Below are positions 49,117-63,762 of a stretch of 64,000 bases of DNA, piece by piece (position 1 is the stretch's first letter; each line of letters starts with the position of its first letter). The notes beneath the pieces are model-generated. The model was not told where the DNA came from. It was given only the letters and a program-made list of their open reading frames with translations, and ran no database searches. A program made the translations under genes and the position numbers. The stretch comes from Spirochaetota bacterium (lineage in GTDB: Bacteria > Spirochaetota > UBA4802 > UBA5550): the NCBI GenBank assembly GCA_963664815.2, contig CAXXHB010000003.1:3200001-3264000 (forward strand), in the 5' to 3' direction.

Positions 49117-49884
49117 TTGTTTAAAAAAGTAAATTTATTTACATTATCTGTATTAATAATTCTGATATTTTTTATTAATGCGACTTCTGCAGAAACAGGG
49201 ATCCAGGTGATTCCTGTTTCTGATTATGTAACCGGCAGATTTGATCCGTCAAAACATACAGATTTTATCAATTTAAAAAAATCCGGCATACCATGCTCTT
49301 CAGATATGTATCTCCGGAAAGAGACCGTTGAAGCGTTAAAATATATGCTCACTGCCTTCAAAAAGGACAATCCAAAAATTGTTATTACTATCCAGAGCGC
49401 TACAAGAAATTTTTATTCACAAAAAATCATCTGGGATGAAAAATTCAATGGAAAACGCAGAATAAATGAGATACCTGATATTACAAAAATAACAGATTCA
49501 TTAACAAGATCAATGAAAATTCTCAAATATTCATCAATGCCTGGCACTTCACGACATCACTGGGGTACTGATTTTGATATAAACATACTAAATAATAGTT
49601 ATTATGAAAATGGTGAAGGTAAAGTTGTATATCAATGGCTTAAAAATAATGCATTAAAATTCGGATTTTCCCAACCATATACCGAAGGCCGTACTGAAGG
49701 ATATATGGAAGAAAAATGGCACTGGTCATATATTCCACTTTCAAAAATTTTCTTAACCCAATGGAATGAAGTTTATAAAAATAATTCAGCTCAATTTATT
49801 AAACCTGGAATTTTTGCCGGATCAGAAAAAGCAGGACATCTTGCTCCTTTGTATGTTAACTCAATTAATCCGGCATGCAGATGA
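49117..49884 (+). CDS. D-Ala-D-Ala carboxypeptidase, M15/VanY family
   Basis: SATR, SMPGTSRHHWGTDFD, EKWHWSY; likely TTG start at 49117 (ORF track starts 48994). Confidence 0.85.
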   Translation: MFKKVNLFTLSVLIILIFFINATSAETGIQVIPVSDYVTGRFDPSKHTDFINLKKSGIPCSSDMYLRKETVEALKYMLTAFKKDNPKIVITIQSATRNFYSQKIIWDEKFNGKRRINEIPDITKITDSLTRSMKILKYSSMPGTSRHHWGTDFDINILNNSYYENGEGKVVYQWLKNNALKFGFSQPYTEGRTEGYMEEKWHWSYIPLSKIFLTQWNEVYKNNSAQFIKPGIFAGSEKAGHLAPLYVNSINPACR

Positions 49885-51512
49885 AACTTTTCTGTGTATA
49901 TCTATGTAATTATAAAGACCGAAACGATTATTATCTTTCCCTTATGCCATACGGTATAATATCCATTGCAGCATTTCTTGAAAAAAATGGCCACGATGTA
50001 ACTCTTGCCAATTTTTCATCTAATGGATACTCAAACGGCATCGATCTTACAATTAAAGACCGGCCAGACGCTGTTTTAATATCAATATTTTCTTTTAACC
50101 GGGCTGACTCTTTTAAATATATAACAGAATTAAAAAAAAGAGATAAACAGATAATTATAATAGCTGGTGGTCAACATCCGACTTTTCTTTCTTCACAGAT
50201 TATTTCGAGATACCCCCAGATTGATTTTATAATCAAAGGAGAAGGTGAATTTGCTGTTAATAAACTTATTGCAGAATCATTTTCTGGAAGTGAAAAAATT
50301 ATATCTTCAGAAAGAATTCCTGATCTTGATTTATTACCATATGCTTCATATTTTTCCGGAAAAACCATCGGAGTCAATCAAAATGAGCAGTTTAAATTTA
50401 TAATTACTTCCAGAGGTTGCCCATCCAGTTGTACATATTGTTCCTCACCTGGTTTCTGGAATCAGAAAGTAACATACAGAAGTGCTGAAAATATAATTGC
50501 TGAACTAAAACATATTCAAAAAAAATACGGCATAATCTATTTTTCAATACGTGACGACAATTTCACTTTAAATAAAAAACGTGTCATGAAATTCTGCCAT
50601 CTTTTATTTGAAAATAAACTGTATATGATGTGGAACTGTCAGGCAAGGGTAGACACTATTGATGAAGAAATGCTTATAGCAATGAAACAATCAGGACTGG
50701 AACACATACAATTCGGAGTAGAGTCTGGTTCGGAAAAAATTTTAAAGCTTTATGATAAAAGCATTACAGTTGATAAAATAAAAAAAGCCGCTTATTCAGC
50801 CCGAAAAATCGGTGTTTACCTCTCTTTTTATTTAATGACCGGTATGAATGGTGAAACTCAGATTGATACTAATTATACAAAAAAATTATTATCAGATACG
50901 CACCCCCATGATGTCATCGTTTCACCTGTTGCCTATTATCCGGGAACAGTAATTTATTCCGAATCAGTAAAATCCGGCAGAATAAATGATGACATCTGGT
51001 TTAACTCAGAAAGCGATGGCTTGTTTCTAAACAATATGGATAAAAATGAAAAGAATATCAAAGACATACTGTCACATTCGAAAAGTGTTTCCTTAAAATC
51101 AAAATATTCTATAAATGACTTTAAGCTACATAAACAGATAACAGGCGAAAACTGCTGGATAAATAATATAATTGAAGGCGATTATTATTCTGATGAAGGT
51201 TATTTTGATACATCATATTCATGCTATAATAAAGTAATTGAACAATTTCCTGAAAACATCTGGGGCTATCTACGCATGGCTGAACTGATCGCTAATGATT
51301 CACCCAAACAGGCATTAAAACTTTTTTTAAAAGCCTCTGAAATTGTTCCATCATATTACGGAATCTGGTTAAGAATTGCTCAAATCCAATTACTGAACAA
51401 CAATATATCTGATGCAGAATATTCAATTCAAAAAGCTTTAAATTTTAATCCTTTAGATCCTAAGGTAATTAAAATATCTGCAAAAATTAAGAAATTACAT
51501 TCTTTAAAGTAA
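49875..51512 (+). CDS. B12-binding radical SAM protein with C-terminal TPR-like repeats
   Basis: GGQHPT, GEGE, TSRGCPSSCTYC, GVESGS. Confidence 0.88.
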   Translation: MQMKLFCVYLCNYKDRNDYYLSLMPYGIISIAAFLEKNGHDVTLANFSSNGYSNGIDLTIKDRPDAVLISIFSFNRADSFKYITELKKRDKQIIIIAGGQHPTFLSSQIISRYPQIDFIIKGEGEFAVNKLIAESFSGSEKIISSERIPDLDLLPYASYFSGKTIGVNQNEQFKFIITSRGCPSSCTYCSSPGFWNQKVTYRSAENIIAELKHIQKKYGIIYFSIRDDNFTLNKKRVMKFCHLLFENKLYMMWNCQARVDTIDEEMLIAMKQSGLEHIQFGVESGSEKILKLYDKSITVDKIKKAAYSARKIGVYLSFYLMTGMNGETQIDTNYTKKLLSDTHPHDVIVSPVAYYPGTVIYSESVKSGRINDDIWFNSESDGLFLNNMDKNEKNIKDILSHSKSVSLKSKYSINDFKLHKQITGENCWINNIIEGDYYSDEGYFDTSYSCYNKVIEQFPENIWGYLRMAELIANDSPKQALKLFLKASEIVPSYYGIWLRIAQIQLLNNNISDAEYSIQKALNFNPLDPKVIKISAKIKKLHSLK

Positions 51513-51699
51513 TATAATTCAATATTAAAAATTGTTTTAACTAATAACAAATCTATAATTTAAGCCTTGACTCAGTTTTTTGTATTCAGAATGATGATAT
51601 TTTCTTTTTAATAAATGTTTTTATCTAAATATCATCACTTCCAGTGTATATTATTAAAAAAATTTGAAAAATTGAGTAATTCAATATAGATATATAAAT

Positions 51700-52389
51700 A
51701 TGGCTTTAATAGACAACTATAATAAAATAAAAGAAAAAATTCATGATACCGCGTTGCAATGTGGAAGAAATCCTGATGAAATAAAAATTCTCTCAGTTTC
51801 AAAAACTTTCAGTACTGAAATAATCCAAAATGCTATAGATTCAGGAATAACACTTTTTGGTGAAAATAAAATTCAGGAAGCCAATCAAAAATTCAACAAT
51901 ATCAAAGGTTCTTTTGAACTCCATATGATTGGACACCTCCAATCCAATAAAATAAATGATGCTTTGGATCTTTTTGAAGTAATTCATTCAATTGATAAAG
52001 CTACAACAGCATTAAAACTCAACTCCGCAGCAGAAACGAAAGATAAAATACAAAGAATTTTTTTACAACTTAAGACAACTGAAGAAGTCACCAAATATGG
52101 TGCTTCCTTGAGTGAATTATTATCAATTACTGAAATTATTATTAATCTAAAAAATCTGAAGCTTGAAGGGTTAATGTCTATTGGCCCTAATACTACTGAT
52201 ACTACTCAAATCCAAAAATCATTCATCGAAACCGCAAAAGCGCTCGATATATTAAATAATAAGTTTAATCTCAATCTCACTGAATTATCAATGGGAATGT
52301 CCGGGGATTATCCTATCGCCGTAAAAGAAGGCGCAACAATCGTACGAGTAGGTTCAGCAATTTTTGGAAACAGGTATTATTATAAATGA
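51700..52389 (+). CDS. yggS: PLP homeostasis protein YggS
   Basis: VSKT, GENKIQE, HMIGHLQSNK, LSMGMSGDY, VRVGSAIFG. Confidence 0.93.
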   Translation: MALIDNYNKIKEKIHDTALQCGRNPDEIKILSVSKTFSTEIIQNAIDSGITLFGENKIQEANQKFNNIKGSFELHMIGHLQSNKINDALDLFEVIHSIDKATTALKLNSAAETKDKIQRIFLQLKTTEEVTKYGASLSELLSITEIIINLKNLKLEGLMSIGPNTTDTTQIQKSFIETAKALDILNNKFNLNLTELSMGMSGDYPIAVKEGATIVRVGSAIFGNRYYYK

Positions 52390-53189
52390 ATAATAAAAAA
52401 AGCAATATTGGAATTATCGGAACCGGTAATATGGGTTATGCTCTAGTTAAAGGAATTAAAGCAAATCCAATGTATACTGAAATAATGATTTATGATATAG
52501 ACCATTTTAAATTAACATCAATTCAAAATGAAACTGAAGTCATAATTGCAAAATCGATTGATGAAATTATCAACTATTCAAATCTATTGATACTTGCCGT
52601 TAAACCTGACATAACAATTAAAATTGCTTCAGAACTGAAACTCTACCATGGTATTATTATCTCTATCGCTGCGGGAATTTCAATACTCTCATTACAAAAT
52701 ATAACTGGAGTTGATAAGAAAATAATCCGTGCAATGCCCAATACCCCTTCAATAGTTGGAGAAGGTATGACAGTTATATCAGCTTCATCAAATCTTCCTG
52801 ATAATGAAATTGAGCAGGTAAAATCAATATTTTTATCAGTAGGAGATGTTCTTATAATGGATGAAAAACATATGAATGCTGTTACTGCATTATCAGGCAG
52901 TGGCCCTGCATATATATTTACTTTCATCCAGGCAATGGCAGATGCAGGAGTAAAACTTGGAATTCCACGATCTGAATCTTTACTTTTAGCTGGACAGACT
53001 ATTTATGGTTCAGTAAAAATGTTTCTTGACAAAAAAGAAAATCCCATTATGCTTAGGGATAAAGTAACTTCTCCAGGTGGAACAACAATATCAGCATTGC
53101 ATGTACTTGATAAAGCCGGTTTTAATGGTATAATTATTGATGCAATTGAAGCAGCCGCAAATAGAGCAAAGGAGCTTGATAAATCCTGA
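52386..53189 (+). CDS. proC: Pyrroline-5-carboxylate reductase
   Basis: GTGNMG, AVKP, RAMPNTP, SGSGPAY, VTSPGGTT. Confidence 0.95.
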   Translation: MNNKKSNIGIIGTGNMGYALVKGIKANPMYTEIMIYDIDHFKLTSIQNETEVIIAKSIDEIINYSNLLILAVKPDITIKIASELKLYHGIIISIAAGISILSLQNITGVDKKIIRAMPNTPSIVGEGMTVISASSNLPDNEIEQVKSIFLSVGDVLIMDEKHMNAVTALSGSGPAYIFTFIQAMADAGVKLGIPRSESLLLAGQTIYGSVKMFLDKKENPIMLRDKVTSPGGTTISALHVLDKAGFNGIIIDAIEAAANRAKELDKS

Positions 53190-54163
53190 TGAAAATGCCA
53201 ACAATTTACCAGCTCAATCAAATCAGGCAAATAATGCTGTTCACTTTTGTATCATTTCTGTTAGTTGTTTTATGTGGAAATATAATTTCATACTTCTTTA
53301 CTAAAAAAATTACAATAAACCATAATGCATATGTTCTCAAAGACGGTTTTCCTATATTCATATCTGAAAAAGATTACATTGATTTTATCAAAAATTATCC
53401 ATTCGATCCTGGTGTTGAACTTACAATTTACAAAATATCATCTGGTGAAACTCTATGGTCTTTAAAAAAACGTTTTAATATAACTATTGACACATTAATA
53501 TCTGCGAACCCACACCTTAAAGGACTTGAACTATCTGAAAACACTTCAGTAGTAATCCCGTCAAAAAATGGATCCTTATTTACATTTGACGATTACAGAG
53601 ATGTAGGCAAAATGCATTCTATGATGGGAGGAAAAAATAAAATTCTCGGAGACTATAAACCGAAAATTTTCAGAATCTTTTCACCCGATGATATCCGTAT
53701 TGTTTTTTTTGAAAATGAAAAACCAATAATTGTTAATAATGATATTCAAAAAATTTACAATTATAAAATGACTTTTGTAGACCCTCTTGATACTGGTTTT
53801 TATTCTTCTGTGTTTGGAGATAGGACAAATCCGACCTCAGGGTTTGGAGAGGGTGTTGAATTTCATACTGGAGTAGATATTGCAACGAAAACAGGAACTC
53901 CAATTAAAGCAGTAAGAGATGGAATTGTTTTTTTTGCAGGATGGCGTGACGGTTACGGTTATACTATGATCATACAGCATGATGATGGCTATTCAACTTT
54001 TTATGCCCACTGCTCAAGGATGTATGTAAAACAAGGTCAATGGGTTAATCAAAGTGAAAAAATTGGACTTGTGGGATCAACAGGTCGTTCAACTGGTTCA
54101 CATCTTCATTTCTCAGTCATACGACATGGGAAGCTTGTAAATCCTCTTAAATATTTATGGTAA
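53189..54163 (+). CDS. LysM / M23 family peptidase
   Basis: GETLWSL LysM; HTGVD, YAH, STGSHLHF. Confidence 0.88.
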   Translation: MKMPTIYQLNQIRQIMLFTFVSFLLVVLCGNIISYFFTKKITINHNAYVLKDGFPIFISEKDYIDFIKNYPFDPGVELTIYKISSGETLWSLKKRFNITIDTLISANPHLKGLELSENTSVVIPSKNGSLFTFDDYRDVGKMHSMMGGKNKILGDYKPKIFRIFSPDDIRIVFFENEKPIIVNNDIQKIYNYKMTFVDPLDTGFYSSVFGDRTNPTSGFGEGVEFHTGVDIATKTGTPIKAVRDGIVFFAGWRDGYGYTMIIQHDDGYSTFYAHCSRMYVKQGQWVNQSEKIGLVGSTGRSTGSHLHFSVIRHGKLVNPLKYLW

Positions 54164-54181
54164 TTTATAATATTAATTTTT

Positions 54182-54994
54182 TTAATTACTATTTCTGTCT
54201 TTTTTATCAACAACAACTCTAAAACCATAATATGGACTTCTTGCAGTTGGGCATCTTCTAAATCTGAATTCTCTGGTTCTTTGAATATTTTCGCTTAAAA
54301 GCGAACCACCCCTCAATATCTTATATATTTCACCAAAGTCTTTATTTTTTATACTATCATCATACGCATTATACCAGTCAGAAGTCCATTCCCAAAGTAA
54401 TCCTAATTGAAATTTTGAATTTTCAATTTCATCTTTAAGTTTTATTATAAAATCGTCTGGAAAATTATTTTCATTCTTTTTATTTAGAAATATACTTTTA
54501 ATAGAATCTATTCCAGCTAAATTACTTAAAATTTCCCACTCATATTCAAGCGGCAATCTCACATTTTTTTTACTTACATTGCTTAACCATCTTGTATACT
54601 CTAATGCATCATTCCAGCTTATATGCATAACAGGAAACATGTCTGAATTACTATTATAAACTAAATCCCTTGCATCTAAAAATGGATTTTTCCATGAAAC
54701 ATTCACTTTTTTAATCCAGTTGTTATTCCATATCCAACCCCACCCTTCTTTTTCAGCGTCAGTAATATATTTTGTATCATCAGTAAACAACATAAAACTC
54801 TTTAAGCTGACAAGTTTTCTTTGAATATAGAACTGAGAATATTGTATAGTTTTTGAAGGAGTTGAAGCTTCAATATATTCTTTTTTTAGAGCCGTGCTGT
54901 AAATAGATTTAAATATTTTGTCTATATCATCAAAATCAATTCCAATACTAATTTTACCTTTTGGGAAGAAAATAAAATCATCCAGATTCAGCAT
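54182..54994 (-). CDS. FGE-sulfatase (SUMF1) domain protein
   Basis: PV.HISWNDA..Y..W, RLP.E.EWE, WEWTSDWY, RGGS, GFRVV. Confidence 0.8.
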   Translation of the reverse strand: MLNLDDFIFFPKGKISIGIDFDDIDKIFKSIYSTALKKEYIEASTPSKTIQYSQFYIQRKLVSLKSFMLFTDDTKYITDAEKEGWGWIWNNNWIKKVNVSWKNPFLDARDLVYNSNSDMFPVMHISWNDALEYTRWLSNVSKKNVRLPLEYEWEILSNLAGIDSIKSIFLNKKNENNFPDDFIIKLKDEIENSKFQLGLLWEWTSDWYNAYDDSIKNKDFGEIYKILRGGSLLSENIQRTREFRFRRCPTARSPYYGFRVVVDKKDRNSN

Positions 54995-54997
54995 TTT

Positions 54998-56956
54998 TTA
55001 TTCTAAAACTTCCATTATTGAAAATAAATCTTTTCCATCATCAGGAAAAACTGAATTTAATGATGTAATAAGAAGCTTAAAATCACTCGTATTATATTTT
55101 TCCATAATCTCATTTTTAATAGTGTTCGATATCATTACTGAATAACGTTTTTCCTTACCTGGTAATACAATTACAAATCTACTTCTGTCAATTTTTACAG
55201 CAAAATCTCCTGCGTTTAATTTAGACTTTATTATTTCGGCAATATTAATAAAAAGCTTTTCAAGCTCTATCTGTCCAAATCTGTCATGAAATCTTTTATA
55301 ATTTTTTATAGTTAATAATACCAGACTTACCGGTATATTCATTTCATCTGCATGTTTAATCTCACTATCAATTCTTTCATAAAACATTCCTGTCAAATCG
55401 TTATATTTATTCAGTTCAGGATCAAGTTCATAAACCCTATAGAGATACGTAAATAAAAATTGATTTATTTTTTGTATACGTATATCGATATCTTTTATTT
55501 CTACAGCTGAGTTAATTTTATAAATTGTTATGAATCCAGATAATTTTCCTGACATTAAAAATGGATATGCGATAAATAATTCCATTTTAACAATTCTGTT
55601 CCTTCCAAATGTATCTATAATAACACTCGATTCATTAAAGCCTTCAAGTATTATTGATGTTTTTTTGTTTATTAAAAATGTAATTAAACGATTATCTTTT
55701 TTTATCTTAAATCCTGAATCAGAAAATCCGAGCATATCTTCTTTTTCAAAATATGCAGGATAATAGTCACTCCCAATCTTATCTTCCATGAAAATTGTAT
55801 AATTTTCAAGCCCAAGAGAATAAAAATTTTTTCTTATAACCTCTTCAAGTTCATTAATTGATGATACATTCAATAATGAATTCTGAAATAATTCAACATC
55901 AGATAAAATTTCTTTTTCTATTCTTAACCCCAGAAGTTCTGTACTTGTTCTTTCATGTAGTACTAAGGATTCAATGATCGATGAACTTATATCCGAAAGA
56001 GCCTGTAAAAAATCTAGTTCTATCATCGTAAATTGTTCTGAATTTATTTTTTCACCTACAAGGATGGCTCCAACAAGTTTATCTTCATTCATCAAAGGAG
56101 CAATAATTCTTGCATCGACAGCAGTAAATTTATAATAATCATCTCTCAAATTATTATCATTTTTAAGATCTTCAATATCAAGCACGCCTTTATAGGTATC
56201 CAGAATTTTAAGAATACCATTATCTATTTCCCAGTAAATATCATTATCAGATATTTTTATTCCATGTGAATCTATTATAATCCATTTTTTTAAATCATCT
56301 GGTGAAGAAGCAATTATCGATACTGACGATACTCCGACTTGCCCCATAATTGAAAATAAGATAGTTGAATATACTTCTTCAATTGTATCAGCTTTTATAA
56401 ATTCTTTCTGTATTTCAAATAAAGTGCCAAAATCATTAAACTCCGGCATTTCATTCTCTTTAATCTCTGCTTCAATATTACCTGTATCATGTACTGAAGA
56501 CTCTTCTTTAACTGAATCACCATTTATATCTGTTAAAATATTTTCTTTATTAATTTGAAAATTTTTTTCATTTCCTTTTTTATCAAAACTCGATAATTCA
56601 GCTATTTTCTTTTCAACAGAATTTTTTATAATAGTTTCATCATTCTGTCGGATTTCTTCAGTTTTTGTTTCTTGGAAATCATCCTCATCAAAAAGTATTA
56701 TATCTTCTTCTTTTTTAATAAGATTAATTTCTTCATATATTTTATTATCTGCTTTTATTATTTCGTTTTTAAATTCATTACTTTTATCAGATATACTTTG
56801 ATTCAATGAATCAATTTCATCGATATTTATTTTTTTAATATTTATCTCTTCTTTATTATCATTTTCAGCAGGCCCTTTAATTCTATCAATTAATGTTTCT
56901 TTCCCGGTTTCATTTATTCTTTGTTTATACTGTAAGGCTCGTTCGAGAAGTCCCAT
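54998..56956 (-). CDS. GAF-domain protein with degenerate GGDEF-like domain
   Basis: Likely start MGLLERA; GAF-like APL...LVGAILVG; GGDEF motif replaced by IDRSR. Confidence 0.7.
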   Translation of the reverse strand: MGLLERALQYKQRINETGKETLIDRIKGPAENDNKEEINIKKINIDEIDSLNQSISDKSNEFKNEIIKADNKIYEEINLIKKEEDIILFDEDDFQETKTEEIRQNDETIIKNSVEKKIAELSSFDKKGNEKNFQINKENILTDINGDSVKEESSVHDTGNIEAEIKENEMPEFNDFGTLFEIQKEFIKADTIEEVYSTILFSIMGQVGVSSVSIIASSPDDLKKWIIIDSHGIKISDNDIYWEIDNGILKILDTYKGVLDIEDLKNDNNLRDDYYKFTAVDARIIAPLMNEDKLVGAILVGEKINSEQFTMIELDFLQALSDISSSIIESLVLHERTSTELLGLRIEKEILSDVELFQNSLLNVSSINELEEVIRKNFYSLGLENYTIFMEDKIGSDYYPAYFEKEDMLGFSDSGFKIKKDNRLITFLINKKTSIILEGFNESSVIIDTFGRNRIVKMELFIAYPFLMSGKLSGFITIYKINSAVEIKDIDIRIQKINQFLFTYLYRVYELDPELNKYNDLTGMFYERIDSEIKHADEMNIPVSLVLLTIKNYKRFHDRFGQIELEKLFINIAEIIKSKLNAGDFAVKIDRSRFVIVLPGKEKRYSVMISNTIKNEIMEKYNTSDFKLLITSLNSVFPDDGKDLFSIMEVLE

Positions 56957-56957
56957 C

Positions 56958-58745
56958 TTATACACCCATTTCTTTAAGAACCTTTGAATAAAGTTCAAAA
57001 TATTCAGATTCAGCAAATTTTCTTATAACTTCTTCTGGTAATTTTTCAAATAATCCATCCAAATAGGATAATAACTTTATCAAACTATCATGCTTTTCTG
57101 GAAAATCTGATGTTATTTCCATAAGTTTTTCTTTATCTTCTAATATTACTATTTTGTCAGTTATATCCAGAATTTCTTTATTAGTATTATTCTCTTTTTT
57201 TTCAAATTTTATACTGTTTATTAAATTTTCATCTATATCATAATCTCTTCTTAAAATATTTTCAATTTCAGAAATATCTTCATCAAACACAACTGCATTT
57301 GGTGATGAAATATCTTCTTCAATTGAAATTTTTTCAGAATCAATTATACTATCTTCTTTTTCAGAAAAATATGCAGGATTTTTTTTGCCGGAATAGTTAC
57401 TCCTAAAAAAATCTATTTCTGGTTTAATAAAATCAATTTCATTATCCAGATCATATCTCTTATAATAATCTCCAAATAATTTATCTTCTATATATCCACT
57501 TTCTTCAGGTATTAATCCTAAAATTTCTGATATTTCACTCTGTATCAATGACTCTTCTGATTCAAAATAATCATCTATTTCATGAATATATTTACTAAAA
57601 TCATCACGAATTATTGCGTTATCAATAAACTCAAAATCAGAATCAAGATAAAATACTTCGTCTTTAAATACGTCATCAAATTTTTCTGAACTATATAGTG
57701 TATAATCTTCAAGAATATAACCTGAAAATTCATTATTTACCGATATATTTTCAACTATCTCCAGTTTACCATCTGCAACTTCAATCATTTTAACTAATCT
57801 TTCGGTTAAAATATCTTCTTTATATAAATCTATATCATCAGAATTAATTTTATTTAAAAACTGATCATCTACAAATCTGCATCTTTGATCATTTTGATTG
57901 TTTTTAAATTTTTCTATAAAATTATCATCTGTTTTATAGCCATATTCAACATTTAAAATTGATTCTAATTGTTTATCCAATGTTTCTTCGTTTATCGTTA
58001 CAGAAAATAATTTTTTTGCTGACAACTCTTCATTGATTTCATCTTCATTTACAATATTTTTTATAATTGAAATATTATTTTTCTCAATTATATTTTTTTC
58101 TATAGATAAATCGCTATTAATTAAGATTTTCTCATTTTCTATATCTGAAATAATATCTGTCTCTTCAATTATCGATACTTCATTCTGAATTTCATCTTTA
58201 TTGAATCTCTTTTCATTCACTATTGCTTTTTGAGTTTCTGTAATTTCTTGAGCTTCTGCAATTTCTTGTGTTTCTGCAATTTCTTGAATTTCTGGAATTT
58301 CTTGAGCTTCTGGAATTTCTTGAGCTTCTGAAATAATTATTATATCATCAAGCCTTGCTACCTGCTGGATTTTATTTAAATCATTAAATATATTTTCTTC
58401 GTTTTTATTATATTTCTCTTTATAATTTAGTTTTTCTTCAAAGACTACAGCTCTTTCTTTTTCTTTACTTTTCTCATTTTTTATTTCTCCATAAAAAGAA
58501 TCCCTATGTTTAATAGGAACTAATTCAAAATCTTCTAATCCTTCAATTAGATCTTCTTCATTAAGAAATATCACATCTTCACTTGCTATTTTTTCTGCTT
58601 CTTTAAGGTCTATCCTGCCAATTATAGAAAAATCAAATTTTTCAGGGATTTTTTGCTTAATCTTTTCCTTAAAATTTTCAGTAAGATAGTTTTCTGCTTT
58701 TTTATTATTCTGTTCTTTTTTTTCTGAATCCATTTCTGTCATCAT
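56958..58745 (-). CDS. Large acidic hypothetical protein
   Basis: Glu/Asp/Ile-rich; C-terminal LLSYLDGLFEKLPEEVIRKFAESEYFELY looks like a folded conserved domain. Confidence 0.7.
   Translation of the reverse strand: MMTEMDSEKKEQNNKKAENYLTENFKEKIKQKIPEKFDFSIIGRIDLKEAEKIASEDVIFLNEEDLIEGLEDFELVPIKHRDSFYGEIKNEKSKEKERAVVFEEKLNYKEKYNKNEENIFNDLNKIQQVARLDDIIIISEAQEIPEAQEIPEIQEIAETQEIAEAQEITETQKAIVNEKRFNKDEIQNEVSIIEETDIISDIENEKILINSDLSIEKNIIEKNNISIIKNIVNEDEINEELSAKKLFSVTINEETLDKQLESILNVEYGYKTDDNFIEKFKNNQNDQRCRFVDDQFLNKINSDDIDLYKEDILTERLVKMIEVADGKLEIVENISVNNEFSGYILEDYTLYSSEKFDDVFKDEVFYLDSDFEFIDNAIIRDDFSKYIHEIDDYFESEESLIQSEISEILGLIPEESGYIEDKLFGDYYKRYDLDNEIDFIKPEIDFFRSNYSGKKNPAYFSEKEDSIIDSEKISIEEDISSPNAVVFDEDISEIENILRRDYDIDENLINSIKFEKKENNTNKEILDITDKIVILEDKEKLMEITSDFPEKHDSLIKLLSYLDGLFEKLPEEVIRKFAESEYFELYSKVLKEMGV
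58230..58330 (-). repeat. Coding 18-bp tandem repeat (AQEIPE-type hexapeptide, about 5.5 units)
   Basis: AQEIPE AQEIPE IQEIAE TQEIAE AQEITE TQK. Confidence 0.75.
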
Positions 58746-58831
58746 TCTTTTTTTTTATTATAACAAATGCATTTATATATAATTAAAATATCATTATCAT
58801 TTAATTATCGGCATTTTGTTTTACAATAAAT

Positions 58832-58865
58832 AAAAAAAGGAATGCCTAGATGCATTCCTTTTTTT
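58832..58865 (-). terminator. Terminator after the atp operon
   Basis: AAAAAAAGGAATGC-ctagat-GCATTCCTTTTTTT. Confidence 0.75.
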
Positions 58866-58883
58866 ATTTATTGTAAGTAAAAA

Positions 58884-59288
58884 TTAGCGTCTTGCAACTT
58901 TCAACTTAACCTTCAGCTTGTCTTTTTCCAGTCTTAATAAAAATTTTTCTTCTGAAAAAGGAGCCTGTTCTTCAATCTTCGCCTCAAGCTCTTTCAATTT
59001 TAAATCAAGTTCAGCCAATGTTAAATCGCTTTTTTTAAATGCTCTTTCTGCTATAACTATCAATTTATTATTCTTTATCTCGACAACACCACCTTCAACT
59101 ACCAGATAGTCTACACTCTTTGGATTATTTAATCTAATTTCTCCAACACCAAGTTTCGATATTAAAGGAGAGTGCCCATAAAGAAAACCCATTTCACCAT
59201 CATGTGCTTGAACAACAGCAAAACCTACTTCGCCTTCGTAAATAAGTCTCTCAGGAGTTAATATACTGCAATTTATTACACGTTCCAT
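58884..59288 (-). CDS. atpC: ATP synthase epsilon subunit
   Basis: ILTPER, GEMGFL.GH.P, GGVVEI; operon position. Confidence 0.92.
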   Translation of the reverse strand: MERVINCSILTPERLIYEGEVGFAVVQAHDGEMGFLYGHSPLISKLGVGEIRLNNPKSVDYLVVEGGVVEIKNNKLIVIAERAFKKSDLTLAELDLKLKELEAKIEEQAPFSEEKFLLRLEKDKLKVKLKVARR

Positions 59289-59290
59289 TA

Positions 59291-60718
<1,428 letters not shown>

Positions 60719-60744
60719 TTACGTTAATATAGATTAACCTTTTA

Positions 60745-61626
60745 TTATTCGAGAGCTGCCGCTCCCCCGACTATTTCAGAAATTTCAGTAGTAATCTTAT
60801 CCTGTCTAACCCTATTATATGTAACAGTTAATTCTTTAATCATGTCTTTCGCTGCATCTGTTGCATTTTTCATTGCTACACGACGAGCAAAATGTTCTGA
60901 ATAAGATGATTCAAGAAAACAGGTATATAATTTTACTTTAAGATAAAGAGGCAAAATATAAGAAAATATTTCAGCCGGATTAGGTTCAAAAATATAATCC
61001 ATATTTGCGCTTGGTAAAGCATCGTAATCAATTTCCATCTCCGGAGCAATAGGAAGCAATTTTACAGCTTCGGGCCTTTGATTAGCAAAAGAGATAACCT
61101 TTGTATATGAGATGTAGACTTCATGTATCTCGCCGCTTACAAAAAATTTAGTTAATTCTTCACCCAATTTCGCTGCATCATCAAAGGAGAATTTATCTTC
61201 TTTATTCTGCACCGTTCGGAACATTGACGTTTTAGTGAAGTTATAGAATGAAATCGCTTTCTTTCCGATTACATAGAGTAATACTTCTTTTCCTTCAGAT
61301 TCAAGCTGTTCTTTAAGCTCAAGAGTCTTGTCCAGAACTCTTGCATTATAACTTCCACACAGACCTCTATTTCCGGAAATCTGCACTATTAAACATCTGT
61401 TCGGTTGAGCTACTTCTCTGAATAAAGGATGTTGAATAGTCGAAAATCCCGCAGCCATGAGATTTTTTATAATCTCATTTACCTTTACTTCATAAGGCTT
61501 TGACTGACCTAAACGATCCTGTACCTTCTTCATTTTAGAAGTAGCAACCATTTCCATCGTGCTTGTAATTTTTTTAGTATTACCGACGGATTTTATTCTG
61601 TTTTTTATATCCCTTTGATTAGCCAC
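60745..61626 (-). CDS. atpG: ATP synthase gamma subunit
   Basis: KITSTMEMVA, RGLCG, AMKNATD, RQ..IT.EISEIVGGA. Confidence 0.96.
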   Translation of the reverse strand: MANQRDIKNRIKSVGNTKKITSTMEMVATSKMKKVQDRLGQSKPYEVKVNEIIKNLMAAGFSTIQHPLFREVAQPNRCLIVQISGNRGLCGSYNARVLDKTLELKEQLESEGKEVLLYVIGKKAISFYNFTKTSMFRTVQNKEDKFSFDDAAKLGEELTKFFVSGEIHEVYISYTKVISFANQRPEAVKLLPIAPEMEIDYDALPSANMDYIFEPNPAEIFSYILPLYLKVKLYTCFLESSYSEHFARRVAMKNATDAAKDMIKELTVTYNRVRQDKITTEISEIVGGAAALE

Positions 61627-61644
61627 AATTCAATCCTCAATCAT

Positions 61645-63751
<2,107 letters not shown>

Positions 63752-63762
63752 GACAGTTCAGA

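Noticed and set aside
54182-54300. FGE-domain C-terminus as a second DGR variable region
   Set aside because: No compositional shift or NNC/NNT codon pattern, and no template repeat.
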